From: Candidatus Bathyarchaeia archaeon | GTDB lineage: Archaea > Thermoproteota > Bathyarchaeia > Bathyarchaeales > Bathycorpusculaceae | Length of the DNA stretch: 64,000 nt | NCBI GenBank assembly: GCA_038883715.1 | Contig: JAVZLS010000001.1 | Location: 74,430-138,429 of the forward strand | Reading direction: 5' to 3' | In this document: in pieces, positions 47,057 to 56,298 of the stretch | How the letters are laid out: the number at the start of each line of letters is the position of its first letter | How positions within the stretch are numbered: position 1 is the stretch's first letter | Notes under the pieces: generated by a model | What the model saw: the letters and a program-made list of their open reading frames with translations, nothing else | Told to the model about the DNA's origin: nothing | Database searches by the model: none | Position numbers and translations under genes: made by a program

Positions 47057-47777
47057 AGACGCCTTAATAATCGCCGCTTTAAAGGCTGTTCCAGACCTGA
47101 AAAGGCAGCCTTTAATCTTAATGACTATGGGCTTAATAAGTGCCATACCTCTCTTCTTTATGTTGGTCTTTGGAGGTCAAATTGGCTACGGTCTGGTAGG
47201 CGCCATAATCTCGACTGTGGGATTCATAGGCATAGCCTCCGCCATCCAAGACATAACCTTTGACAGGTATGTGAAAATTAGAGAGATGATCGTCGCCATG
47301 CCGGTTCACCCAATCTCATACATGGTTGGAGTAGCCCTAGCCTCGCTGCTGTTTGCTTCTCCCGGCGTCGCCTTTTTCATAGCGCTGACACTGTGGCTTG
47401 GCTATCTGCCACTGCAAGCGTTAGGCTGGATTATTGCGATTCTGCTCTTGTGCTGGGCTGTTTTAAGTTGTATAGGTTTTGTTGTATCCACGTACCTGCG
47501 AAGAGCAAGCATTTATACGCTAAACAACTTGTCCAACATCCTTGGAATAGGCTTGATTTTCATCCCGCCAGTTTATTACCCAGAGGAGTTGCTTGGAGGG
47601 TTGAGCTGGATAGCCATCTTGTTTCCAACGTCTAACGCTGCCGGACTGATAAGGGCTCACTCAGGCTTGGCGGCATTCTCACAAGAGATTATTTTAATTC
47701 GCTGGGTTGTCCTTTCGGCTACGCTTGTTTTCGCCGTCTTGCTTGTGGCATTTAAGGCGAAGTGGAGAGAAACCTAA
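47034..47777 (+). CDS. ABC-2 type exporter permease
   Basis: About 6 TM helices, PPVYYP..L motif; overlaps the ATPase gene. Confidence 0.88.
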   Translation: MKLRKMVKDALIIAALKAVPDLKRQPLILMTMGLISAIPLFFMLVFGGQIGYGLVGAIISTVGFIGIASAIQDITFDRYVKIREMIVAMPVHPISYMVGVALASLLFASPGVAFFIALTLWLGYLPLQALGWIIAILLLCWAVLSCIGFVVSTYLRRASIYTLNNLSNILGIGLIFIPPVYYPEELLGGLSWIAILFPTSNAAGLIRAHSGLAAFSQEIILIRWVVLSATLVFAVLLVAFKAKWRET

Positions 47778-47786
47778 ACACCCCCT

Positions 47787-49583
47787 TTAAATGGACTGCA
47801 CTGGAAAGCGTTCATACTGTAGCTCATACAATTTCTTTAGCTTATCTAACGTATCAATCTCATCCACCGTTTTGTCTGTTCTGAAGCGGACTATTTTTGG
47901 CACTCTTAGGGCGTAGCCGCTTGTGTACTCGTCTGTTTCTTGAATCTCTTGGTATGTTACCTCCACAACAACTGTTGGCTTTACGAAGACCCCTTCGTCG
48001 TCTTCTCTGGTTTTTGTCCTTTCAATAACCGTTGTAAGCGCGTCCATGGTTTGTTCTGGTAGGTTGGATACCTTTCCGATGGTGTAGAGTTTTTTCTCTT
48101 TTGGATCTCGCACCGCCAACATGAAGGACGAGTAGAGCCCCGCACGTCTCCCCTTTCCGTATAGGGCTTTTACTATTGTGCAGTCTATTGTGTCGCGTTC
48201 TGGTTTCAGTTTAAGCCATGTGTAGGTGCGCTGTCCAATCTCGTACGGAGAGCTTAAGTCTTTTACAACTATGCCTTCAAAGCCTTTCTTTAGGGCTTCG
48301 TCGTAGAAGCGCATCAGTTCAACTTCGTTTTGGCATTCAACGCCCTCAGCCAAATATTCTGGCGGGACAACCTCCACTAGGTATTTGCGCCTTTCTGAAA
48401 GTGGCAAGCCTATGAGTTCCCGCCCGTTTAGGAAGAGTATATCGAAGGCTCTGTATGTGACGCGGACTTTCTCCATTCTTTCTGCAAGCTCTTCTGGTGT
48501 CAGTTCTCTTGGCACCGTTCTTTCGAGCATTACCTGGAAGGGCAGCGAGTTGCCGTTTGGGTCTACGGCTAGGACTTCGCCGTCCACAATGCAGCTTTGG
48601 GCATTAAACTTCCTGGCTATTTCAACGATTTCCGGCAGCGTCTGCGACTTTTCAACCCCTCGCCTTGAGAAAATCCATGTCTGGGTTCCCCACTTGTGAA
48701 TTTGAAGGCGACTCCCATCAATCTTGTATTCTGCTCTAACTGGGTAAACAACTTTGTCCGGCTCGTATAGGTGGGCCAGTTGGGGTCTTATGAACTGTCC
48801 GGGGCGCATTTTCACTTCTGCTAGTTTTGGCAATCCTTCTGAGGCTAGGCTTATTCCTTCAGCTATACCCATTATGGCGCATGCGTTTTGGATTAGCTCC
48901 ACTGGAACTTGGTAGGCTCTTGCCGCGGCTTTCATGACTGTGCTTGCATAATAGCCAAGTTTTAAGTCGCCCAGAAGAAGCCGGACAATGTATTTTGCTT
49001 CTTGAGGTGTTGCAATCCGCAGCAGACTCGCAACATAGAGTTCGCGTTCCTTAACGCCTTTCAGTCTTGGCAGAAACTTAATCGCCTCATAAACCTCATT
49101 TACGGATAGCTTTGGCTCTGAAGGCTTTTTAAGGAGATAAGCCACTTCCCCGTGTTCCCCGTAGTCGATGAGGAGTGTCCTAACCTCGCTTTTTGAAACG
49201 CCAGTTGCTAAGCTTAGGCTTCGCTCCACCAAGCCCGGTCCAACTTTTAGGCTTTCATCAGTTATTATCCCGAGGGCTAAGCGCGCCTTAACCTCAAGGG
49301 AAAGCTCAGCTGTTTGGAAGAATTTAGCTAGCTCCGTCTCTTTCCCCTTTTTCCCGCGGAGCACCGCCAGCCGCTCATAAACCTCAACTATTTTTGAGAA
49401 GGGCATGTCTTTTCTAGGCTCTTTTCCCTCCATGTATAGGCGTATGAGGTAATATGGTATGCCCGTTCGCCATTCTATCTGTTCTGGGGAGAAGCCAGCC
49501 TCAATTAAGCGGAGAACAGCCTCCCTCTGCGAGCCGTAGGCTTCTATCAGCTCTCTTATGGTGGGCGGCTTAATCACCGACAT
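47787..49583 (-). CDS. lig: ATP-dependent DNA ligase with HTH-like N-terminal extension
   Basis: Motifs EYKIDG, DGEV, AFDIL, EGIVVK, WLKLK, LRVPK..FRTDK; OB fold. Confidence 0.93.
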   Translation of the reverse strand: MSVIKPPTIRELIEAYGSQREAVLRLIEAGFSPEQIEWRTGIPYYLIRLYMEGKEPRKDMPFSKIVEVYERLAVLRGKKGKETELAKFFQTAELSLEVKARLALGIITDESLKVGPGLVERSLSLATGVSKSEVRTLLIDYGEHGEVAYLLKKPSEPKLSVNEVYEAIKFLPRLKGVKERELYVASLLRIATPQEAKYIVRLLLGDLKLGYYASTVMKAAARAYQVPVELIQNACAIMGIAEGISLASEGLPKLAEVKMRPGQFIRPQLAHLYEPDKVVYPVRAEYKIDGSRLQIHKWGTQTWIFSRRGVEKSQTLPEIVEIARKFNAQSCIVDGEVLAVDPNGNSLPFQVMLERTVPRELTPEELAERMEKVRVTYRAFDILFLNGRELIGLPLSERRKYLVEVVPPEYLAEGVECQNEVELMRFYDEALKKGFEGIVVKDLSSPYEIGQRTYTWLKLKPERDTIDCTIVKALYGKGRRAGLYSSFMLAVRDPKEKKLYTIGKVSNLPEQTMDALTTVIERTKTREDDEGVFVKPTVVVEVTYQEIQETDEYTSGYALRVPKIVRFRTDKTVDEIDTLDKLKKLYELQYERFPVQSI

Positions 49584-49613
49584 TTGTTTTTCTCACTGCC
49601 CACTAGTGCGGGG

Positions 49614-50888
49614 CTATTTTGTTTCAGCTTCTGGGGTTTTTGGTATTGGTTCTATTGCCCTTAGGAATCCATCCTTTGTTATGTCGACTCTAATTCTTCG
49701 GCGTTCAAAGTTGCACATTCTGCAATCCAAAACACGGACTATGCGGACGAATTCCCCTCTGTCAACGCCTAAATCCACTTGTTGGTCATACCAGTAGACG
49801 CGTCCATAATCCACTATTATTGTTCCGTCTAGGTTGTGGGCTAGGCCTATTCCGCCCGCCATATCGTAGCTGTCCCAGACTTCCGAGCTTCGCTGGTTCA
49901 CGTAGAGGGCTGTTATGCCATGCACTTGATTGTAGCGGGCTAACTCCATGACACGGTATTTTAGGGCTCCGCGGTAGGCTTCCAGCACCGTTACAGAGTC
50001 TATTATGGCCAGTTCAATCTTCTCCTTCTCGGCTACATAGCGATACGTCTCCGCAAAGGTGTTCCAGTCGCGGAGCTCGGGATAAGCCACAGTATCCAAA
50101 ACAAAGAGGTTTTCGCGTATCTTATTCCAGTCCAAGCCTAGAATGTCGGCTTTCTGCTTAAGCCTAGACTGCAAATCAAAACGCGGAGTGGCACTCTTCC
50201 ATGTATCTTCAGCCGTTGCATAAAGCACTTTTCTACCAGAGGCAGCAACTTTTACGGCGATTTCTTCAACAAGTATGGATTTTCCAGCTCCCGGCAAGCC
50301 TGTGATGGCGAATTGTCCACAAATTGGGATTCCTCCAAGGCTTTTCCCATCTGGTGTTAGGAAGAGCTGGTCTAAAAAGGTGCCTGTTGGAAAGCCCAGC
50401 AGAGGTTTTTTCGCTTCCACCGCCTCGTCTGGCTTAAGCACTAAAGTGCTTAGCTTTTCTTTGCCCTCCTCAATCCTCGTTGTCATGGGCTTTGTGGCAA
50501 GCTCCCACTCATCCGCTGGTGCTCTAGCACTTTTCAAAGCTTCGGCAAGCGTCTGAGCCATAGCTCTAACAAGACTTTCTATTTCCGGAGCGGCTGTCTC
50601 CGGCTTCGGCTGCACTGCGGCTTCTGAAGGCTTCACAGCGGTTTCAACGAGCTTTTCCGCTGGCTTCGGCTTTGTCTCCTCGATGGTGAGCGCCCATAAC
50701 TCGCCCCGCCGCTCCACAACCCCCTCGTTTTTAAGGGATTGTAAAAGTGCGTAGGCAGATTTTGGTCCATACTTTGGTATGCCTAAACCTTCTGCAATCT
50801 CGCTTAGGGAGGCTTGCCCACCGTGGGCTTTGAGAAACTCAACTATGTCATTTTCCTCAACCATAAACTTTCCCAGTTTAAACGCCAA
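49614..50888 (-). CDS. KaiC/RecA-superfamily ATPase (AF_0795-like) fused to an N-terminal winged HTH
   Basis: wHTH (ASLSEIAEGLG..AYALLQSLKNEGVVERRGELWAL), P/A/E-rich linker, PTGT.LD..GGIP, GLPGAGKS, AIIDS, NQR, AGG.GLAH..DG. Confidence 0.85.
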   Translation of the reverse strand: MAFKLGKFMVEENDIVEFLKAHGGQASLSEIAEGLGIPKYGPKSAYALLQSLKNEGVVERRGELWALTIEETKPKPAEKLVETAVKPSEAAVQPKPETAAPEIESLVRAMAQTLAEALKSARAPADEWELATKPMTTRIEEGKEKLSTLVLKPDEAVEAKKPLLGFPTGTFLDQLFLTPDGKSLGGIPICGQFAITGLPGAGKSILVEEIAVKVAASGRKVLYATAEDTWKSATPRFDLQSRLKQKADILGLDWNKIRENLFVLDTVAYPELRDWNTFAETYRYVAEKEKIELAIIDSVTVLEAYRGALKYRVMELARYNQVHGITALYVNQRSSEVWDSYDMAGGIGLAHNLDGTIIVDYGRVYWYDQQVDLGVDRGEFVRIVRVLDCRMCNFERRRIRVDITKDGFLRAIEPIPKTPEAETK

Positions 50889-50951
50889 CTCTGTTTTCTA
50901 AATATTTTTGTAAAAGTTTAGGCTTTTAAATATACCCCTCTACAAGCGACT

Positions 50952-51395
50952 TTAAACGTGCCTTTCAACAGGCTCAACAAACTCTATGGATACGCTTTTG
51001 CCTCTTTTTCTCCATCGCTGTTTTCTGAGCTGCTCCCTAATCATGGCTAAGGCGTTTTCCATTCCGAAGGGTTTCAAAAGAAATGGATGTGGCTTCTTGC
51101 TGACTTTGCCGACCATTTCTTTAATTTGGCGAAGTGAAGGCTCGTCGGCGATAAGTATGATTTGAGTTGAAGGCGCCATCCTACCCATCTTTTTTAGAAA
51201 AGCTGTTAGTTCCATGTCTGTTAGGGAGTAATCTACAATAGCAATGTTGGGATGCTTTACCTTGGCTATTTTTAGGGCTTCTTCCCCTGTTTTTGCCGTT
51301 TCAACCGTGTAGCCCACATACTCAAAAACTGTTTGCAGAATTTTTCTTATGCTTTCGTCGTCGTCGACAACAAGGATTCTGGCACTTTCACCCAT
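50952..51395 (-). CDS. Response regulator receiver protein
   Basis: ILVVDDD, AIVD, LLKPF; the conserved Thr/Ser is replaced by Ala (IILIAD). Confidence 0.85.
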   Translation of the reverse strand: MGESARILVVDDDESIRKILQTVFEYVGYTVETAKTGEEALKIAKVKHPNIAIVDYSLTDMELTAFLKKMGRMAPSTQIILIADEPSLRQIKEMVGKVSKKPHPFLLKPFGMENALAMIREQLRKQRWRKRGKSVSIEFVEPVERHV

Positions 51396-53338
51396 ACCTT
51401 TTCCTCCTTTACTCTTTCTGTTTTAGGCTTAACTGGAATTGCCACCGTGAAAGTTGTGCCCTTGTTTGGAGCGCTCTCCACAGTAATTTTGCCGTTGTGT
51501 GCCTCCACTATGCGTTTGCATATGGGCAAGCCGAGCCCCAAACCCTTAGCCTTTGTTGTAAAGAAGGGTGTCCAAATTTTTTCCGAAAATTCTTTTGACA
51601 TGCCAACCCCAGTGTCTGTGAAGGAAATTTCCATAAAATTATCGATTTTTCTGCTGGAGATTGTTAGTTTTCCACCCTCTGGCATTGCGGCAATGGCGTT
51701 CTTAATTATGTTGACAAAAACCCTTTTCATTTTTTCCTTATCCACAATCATCAGGTCGCCTGTGGTTTCATCAATGACTACGATTTTTCTAGGGACTTTA
51801 ATGGTGGATAATGTTTCCATCAGCAAATCTTTCGGAGTTGTCTCCGAAAAGTTCAGCTTAATCTCCCTGGAATAGTCAAGTAAGTCTGCAAGAACATTGT
51901 TGGAGTACTCCACATCCTTCTCAATTATTTTAAGCATTTTCTTTGCCTTTGTGTCCATATTTTGCCAAAACTTTTTCTTCAAATAGTAAACAGCGACGGC
52001 TATGCTTGTCAAAGGATTTCTTAGGTCATGACCAACCATAGCTGCCACTTGTCCAATAGCAGCAAGCCTTTCCGCTCGTAGAAGACGCTCCTGCGCCTCT
52101 CGCAACTGCTTTGTTCTCTCCTCAACTAGGGTTTCCAGTCGCCTAGAATACTCCTCAAGTTTTTCTCGCATCTGCTCCCTTTCAGTTACATCTCTGGCAA
52201 CAATTAAAACACCCGATATTTTATCTCCAACTCTAATGACAGACGCGGAGCTTTCTAATCGGCGTACTTTTCCATCGCTACCAACAACCGTGAAGTTTGC
52301 AGAGCTGATTTTGCCTTCTAGAGCGTCAGAAAATGCGTCAATAACTTTCTGCAATTCATCGTTTGGAACTGCGTGCAGTTCGGTGAAATGCCTTCCAATA
52401 ATTTCCTCCTTTCTACACCCTAAAACTTCTGAAGTTTTTCTATTTACATCTAAAATTTTCCCGTACTGGTCTAAATAAATAAAGCCGTCGTTGGCGTTTT
52501 CAAAAATATTTCTGAATTTTTCTTCAGACTCCTTAAGGGCTGATTCCATTTTTCTACGTTCAGTAACATCCATGATGATTGCTAGGGCGCCAGCATAGCT
52601 TCCATCTTCATTCCAGAGGGGTGAGGCTGAAACTTGGACAAAGCGAGGCTTTCCATCTTTCCGGTACAGGGTTAGCTCATAACGGCTGACAAGCCCCTTT
52701 CTCCTAGCCTTGGTTTCTTCGGTTATCTTCCTTAAGCCCTTCTCGTCAACAAATCTTAGAAGATTCATGCCTTGGATTTCTTTCTCGCTGTAGCCAAGCA
52801 TTTCGGCGAAGGCTTTATTAGCGAAAATTATGTTCTCGTCGGGGTCAACTATTGTTATTCCTTCCATAGCGTTTTCCAGAAGCATTTCAAAACGCCGATT
52901 TGTCTCTTTTAGGCGTGCTTCCATACGCTTAAGTTCTGTAATTTCCGTCATTAATGCCTGAAAACCTAGGGTCTTGCCGCCGACGATGAACCGTGTGGGC
53001 TTAGAAATGAAATAGCGAACTTGTCCACCTTTACATATAACACGGAACTCTAGGGCTCGAGGCTGCCTTTTTAGGGCGATTATCTTTAGGAAAAGGCGCA
53101 TAACCCTAAACCTGTCTTCTGGATGGAGAAACTCCATGAAGGTTCTGCCAACAACTTCTTCTGGTTGACAGCCCAAGACATCAGCCAACGCCCTATTAAC
53201 ATAAACGAAACGTCCTCTAGTGTCTGATATGGCTATGGGCAGAGCCGCATTCTCCACCAAACTTTTGAAGGCTTCAAGACCCGCTAGAGCCTCTTTTAAC
53301 TTCTTGTCCATGCCGCCTCTTCCGCAACTTTTAGTCAA
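51347..53338 (-). CDS. Cytoplasmic PAS-domain sensor histidine kinase (3 PAS + HisKA + HATPase_c)
   Basis: Three PAS/PAC repeats, VGHDLRNPL H-box, NIIKNA, DTGVGM, PFFTTK, GLGLGL. Confidence 0.95.
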   Translation of the reverse strand: MTKSCGRGGMDKKLKEALAGLEAFKSLVENAALPIAISDTRGRFVYVNRALADVLGCQPEEVVGRTFMEFLHPEDRFRVMRLFLKIIALKRQPRALEFRVICKGGQVRYFISKPTRFIVGGKTLGFQALMTEITELKRMEARLKETNRRFEMLLENAMEGITIVDPDENIIFANKAFAEMLGYSEKEIQGMNLLRFVDEKGLRKITEETKARRKGLVSRYELTLYRKDGKPRFVQVSASPLWNEDGSYAGALAIIMDVTERRKMESALKESEEKFRNIFENANDGFIYLDQYGKILDVNRKTSEVLGCRKEEIIGRHFTELHAVPNDELQKVIDAFSDALEGKISSANFTVVGSDGKVRRLESSASVIRVGDKISGVLIVARDVTEREQMREKLEEYSRRLETLVEERTKQLREAQERLLRAERLAAIGQVAAMVGHDLRNPLTSIAVAVYYLKKKFWQNMDTKAKKMLKIIEKDVEYSNNVLADLLDYSREIKLNFSETTPKDLLMETLSTIKVPRKIVVIDETTGDLMIVDKEKMKRVFVNIIKNAIAAMPEGGKLTISSRKIDNFMEISFTDTGVGMSKEFSEKIWTPFFTTKAKGLGLGLPICKRIVEAHNGKITVESAPNKGTTFTVAIPVKPKTERVKEEKVWVKVPESLLSTTTKA

Positions 53339-53440
53339 AATTTCAGTGCGCCAATGATTTAACTTGTATGAATGTGGAGTCTAGATTATTACTAACAATA
53401 CATATTCGGAATCAGAATCCAACTTTGACGAGGCTTGCTG

Positions 53441-53614
53441 TTAAGACCGTCGCTTTTCTATTATTAGCCTCTCACCGTCAATCTTTACAGTCACGTCCTC
53501 TCCAACTTTGAACGGAAAACTGGTGTCCGACGAAACCTCCTTGGGAATGTATATAAAGATTTTCCTATACTTCTTGCCTCTATCTACAACTTTGCCTTTT
53601 CCTTCACCAGTCAT
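53441..53614 (-). CDS. 57-aa AbrB/SpoVT-like swapped-hairpin DNA-binding protein (missed by the ORF track)
   Basis: MTGEGKGKVVDRGKKYRKIFIYIPKEVSSDTSFPFKVGEDVTVKIDGERLIIEKRRS*; IYIPKEV..GEDV.V.I AbrB pattern. Confidence 0.75.
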   Translation of the reverse strand: MTGEGKGKVVDRGKKYRKIFIYIPKEVSSDTSFPFKVGEDVTVKIDGERLIIEKRRS

Positions 53615-53676
53615 AGGCGCCCTATGCGCCCCGATATTGCTCAGAATTTATTCTGAAGTTATTGACTATAAAAGTT

Positions 53677-54501
53677 TTAAGATGCTTTAACCATGAATTC
53701 GCAGTACTGGTCGCCCTTGGCAATGCATTTTGTCTCTTTGACCTTAACATCCTTTCCAAAGAAGCGGGTGAATATTCCGGCCACAGCGCCTCTATAAAAT
53801 TGGCTGTATGGCTTTCCTTTCCCAACACCCAGTTCGCATTCGAAGTTTTGGTAAACTCGAAGTTGCGCGGATTTCTTCTGCACGTCTATGGCTACATGAT
53901 CTATTATTCCCCAGCCCAAAGTCATGTTTATGGCTTTAGCCACTTCAACCAAATCTTCCATCTCATCTGATTTTGCAATCTCACGGTATGTGTCATAAAT
54001 TTCAAAGCCTATGCTAAAGCCTTGATAATAAAGCATTGCCTCCCCAGCTGAGCCGAATTTTTCTCTAACTCCGTTGAAAAGTGCTTCGTAAACGGATTCC
54101 CTAAAGATGACGGCTCTCTCGTTTGCTGCAACTAATGGGAAGAAGTGATTGTCGAAAACTATGCTTTCGCCATGCGGTTTTATTATTTTCGCGTTTTTAA
54201 CGAAATTGTAGCTGTTGAGGATTATGTCTAGGGCTTCTTCTGGCGTGGCTCTCGATTTTGAAAAGTCTAGGAAGGCAATTGCGTTAACTGTAGGTTTGCG
54301 GGCTTCATTCATGGAAAATTGAATGAAGCGCACTGTTATGTCTAAGCTTTCAGCCACTTCGGCTAGTTTTCTTAGGTTTCCCTTTTCAACTTTTGCCTCT
54401 ATTGCAAGTCCATATATTTTCTGGTCCTTGTCGAAAATCATTACTCTTCCGACGTCTAGGGGTTTAAAAGTGTTTTTAGACATTTTGTCGTGCCCTCCCA
54501 T
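53677..54501 (-). CDS. V4R domain protein with ACT-like N-terminal domain
   Basis: ERAVIF..., LGWG, NFECE, FYRGAVAG.F, ETKCIAKGDQYCEF. Confidence 0.88.
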   Translation of the reverse strand: MGGHDKMSKNTFKPLDVGRVMIFDKDQKIYGLAIEAKVEKGNLRKLAEVAESLDITVRFIQFSMNEARKPTVNAIAFLDFSKSRATPEEALDIILNSYNFVKNAKIIKPHGESIVFDNHFFPLVAANERAVIFRESVYEALFNGVREKFGSAGEAMLYYQGFSIGFEIYDTYREIAKSDEMEDLVEVAKAINMTLGWGIIDHVAIDVQKKSAQLRVYQNFECELGVGKGKPYSQFYRGAVAGIFTRFFGKDVKVKETKCIAKGDQYCEFMVKAS

Positions 54502-54647
54502 TTTGGTAGGTGCACGAAATTACTACCATTAGTAGTCACTAGCTATGACCACAAAAACCAGATATATAATTTGCGCACTGAAAATCCATAGCCAAAAGCA
54601 AATCAGAAGAAGAACGGTGAGTCAGCAGTTATAAGCAAGAAAAGCAC

Positions 54648-55466
54648 ATGGAAATAAATCTAAAAGGCGTGGAGATGAAAACCTTGAGCAAACCAGAAGT
54701 TGGAGTTTCAACCCTCCACCTACTAAGCGAACCCTTCAACAAGATGGTCGAAAAAATCACAAAAATAAACACCAGCCACATAGAAATCGTAGACGACGGC
54801 CTCCACGCCTTAGACAGACGAAGAACCACGAGACTTAAGGATTTAGGAAAATCCTACAACATAAAATTTTCAGTTCATGCACCCTTCGCCGACATAAACA
54901 TAGCCTCACCGTCACACAGCATTTTAAAAGCCATGCTTAAACGATTAGAAAACTCAATGAGACTGGCAAGCCAATTGGAGGCATATGTTTGGGTTTTCCA
55001 TCCGGGATTAAAAACAGGCGTGAGCATGTTTTATCCCGGCGAAGACTGGAAACAGAACCGAAAAACTGCACAGTTCCTCTGCAAAATCGCCAAGGATTAT
55101 GGCTTAGAAATAGCCATAGAGAATGTGCCAGAACCATACCCTTTCCTAATGAAAAGCGTTAAAGACTTTGAGAAGTTTTATAGCGAAATTTCAGAGCCTA
55201 TAGGCTTAGCCCTTGACATTGGGCATTCAAACATCAATGGACAGACAGAGCAGTTCCTAAAAACATTTGCAGAAAAGATTGTGCACATCCACGCCCACGA
55301 CAACAATGGAAGGGATGATTCACATTTGGGAATAGGCTACGGAACTGTGAACTGGTGGAGGTTTGCAAGTTTGCTGCGAGAAATATCCTACAACAAAGTT
55401 GCGGTTGTAGAGTCTGTAGAAAAGGTTACTGAAAGTGTTCAAAAGCTGAAGGCTATGTTTGCCTAA
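54648..55466 (+). CDS. Sugar phosphate isomerase/epimerase (AP endonuclease 2 TIM barrel)
   Basis: SVHAPFADINIAS, FHPG, AIENVP, LDIGHS, HIHAHDN.G..DSHL.IG.G. Confidence 0.9.
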   Translation: MEINLKGVEMKTLSKPEVGVSTLHLLSEPFNKMVEKITKINTSHIEIVDDGLHALDRRRTTRLKDLGKSYNIKFSVHAPFADINIASPSHSILKAMLKRLENSMRLASQLEAYVWVFHPGLKTGVSMFYPGEDWKQNRKTAQFLCKIAKDYGLEIAIENVPEPYPFLMKSVKDFEKFYSEISEPIGLALDIGHSNINGQTEQFLKTFAEKIVHIHAHDNNGRDDSHLGIGYGTVNWWRFASLLREISYNKVAVVESVEKVTESVQKLKAMFA

Positions 55467-55656
55467 TTCAGCTTTCCAAAGGTGGTAATTATCTACATTA
55501 AGAAGAAAAGCCTTGAGCAAAATTAGGGCTAATGCATTGAGGTGTATTCAGACTAATTCTGTCTATGACGATAAGTAAAATTTTGCATAAATTCACAAAA
55601 TATTTAAATAACTTGATGATAATTGCGAACGTACTTATTCATGCAATCTTTCGGAC

Positions 55657-56079
55657 ATGGGGTTGCAAAACATGAGAACAAGTTGGGTTTTAACCATAGC
55701 TTCTATTGTTTCACTAATTTCTGGCGTCTTAATTGTCTTAGGCGGGATATTCTCGTACCTTTGGTTATACGCTGGTTGGGAAATGGAGTGGTTGGACAAG
55801 ACTATGCATCAATGGAAGGAGAACGTTAAAGCTTGGCACCTAGAGAGTGTTATCCAGATTATGAGTATGGCAGGAATGGCAATAGGGTTGCTTGTCATTG
55901 TTTTAGCGGTGATGCTTTATCTTAAACCATTGAATCATAAGTCATGGGGAGGTTTAATTATAACGTTCTCTGTGATAAGTCTTTGGACAGGTATGGGCGG
56001 TTTAGGTTTAGGATTTATTCTTGGACTCGTTGGCGGCGTATTGGCTATACTCGGAAAACCACGGAAAACAATTGACTAA
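55657..56079 (+). CDS. Hypothetical membrane protein (about 4 TM)
   Basis: Hydrophobic helices; C-terminal GG.G.GFILGLVGGVLAI; own TTTAAATA promoter-like tract. Confidence 0.7.
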   Translation: MGLQNMRTSWVLTIASIVSLISGVLIVLGGIFSYLWLYAGWEMEWLDKTMHQWKENVKAWHLESVIQIMSMAGMAIGLLVIVLAVMLYLKPLNHKSWGGLIITFSVISLWTGMGGLGLGFILGLVGGVLAILGKPRKTID

Positions 56080-56170
56080 GAAAATGTAGTAGACATGTTT
56101 TAGACTCCCCAACCATCTTACTTTTATTAGTAGCAAAAGCTCTATGCAACTTTTGGAATTTTACGCTTGT

Positions 56171-56298
56171 TTCTTGCTTGTTAGAGCAATTATCCACTAA
56201 TAATTAAAATAATGCACCAGTTTTGTAGTGGTTGTAGAGTCTGTTGAGAAAGTTGCGGAAAGCGTCAACTTTTTGAAATCCATGTCTATTAAAATATG
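56171..56298 (+). pseudogene. Degenerate duplicate of the 3' end of the TIM-barrel gene (54648-55466)
   Basis: 15-bp identity GGTTGTAGAGTCTGT at 55403-55417 and 56230-56244; translation VVVVESVEKVAESVNFLKSM versus VAVVESVEKVTESVQKLKAM. Confidence 0.65.

Noticed and set aside
50560-50690. Repeated GGCTTCGGC / PKP units in the KaiC gene
   Set aside because: Low-complexity protein linker, not a DNA repeat element
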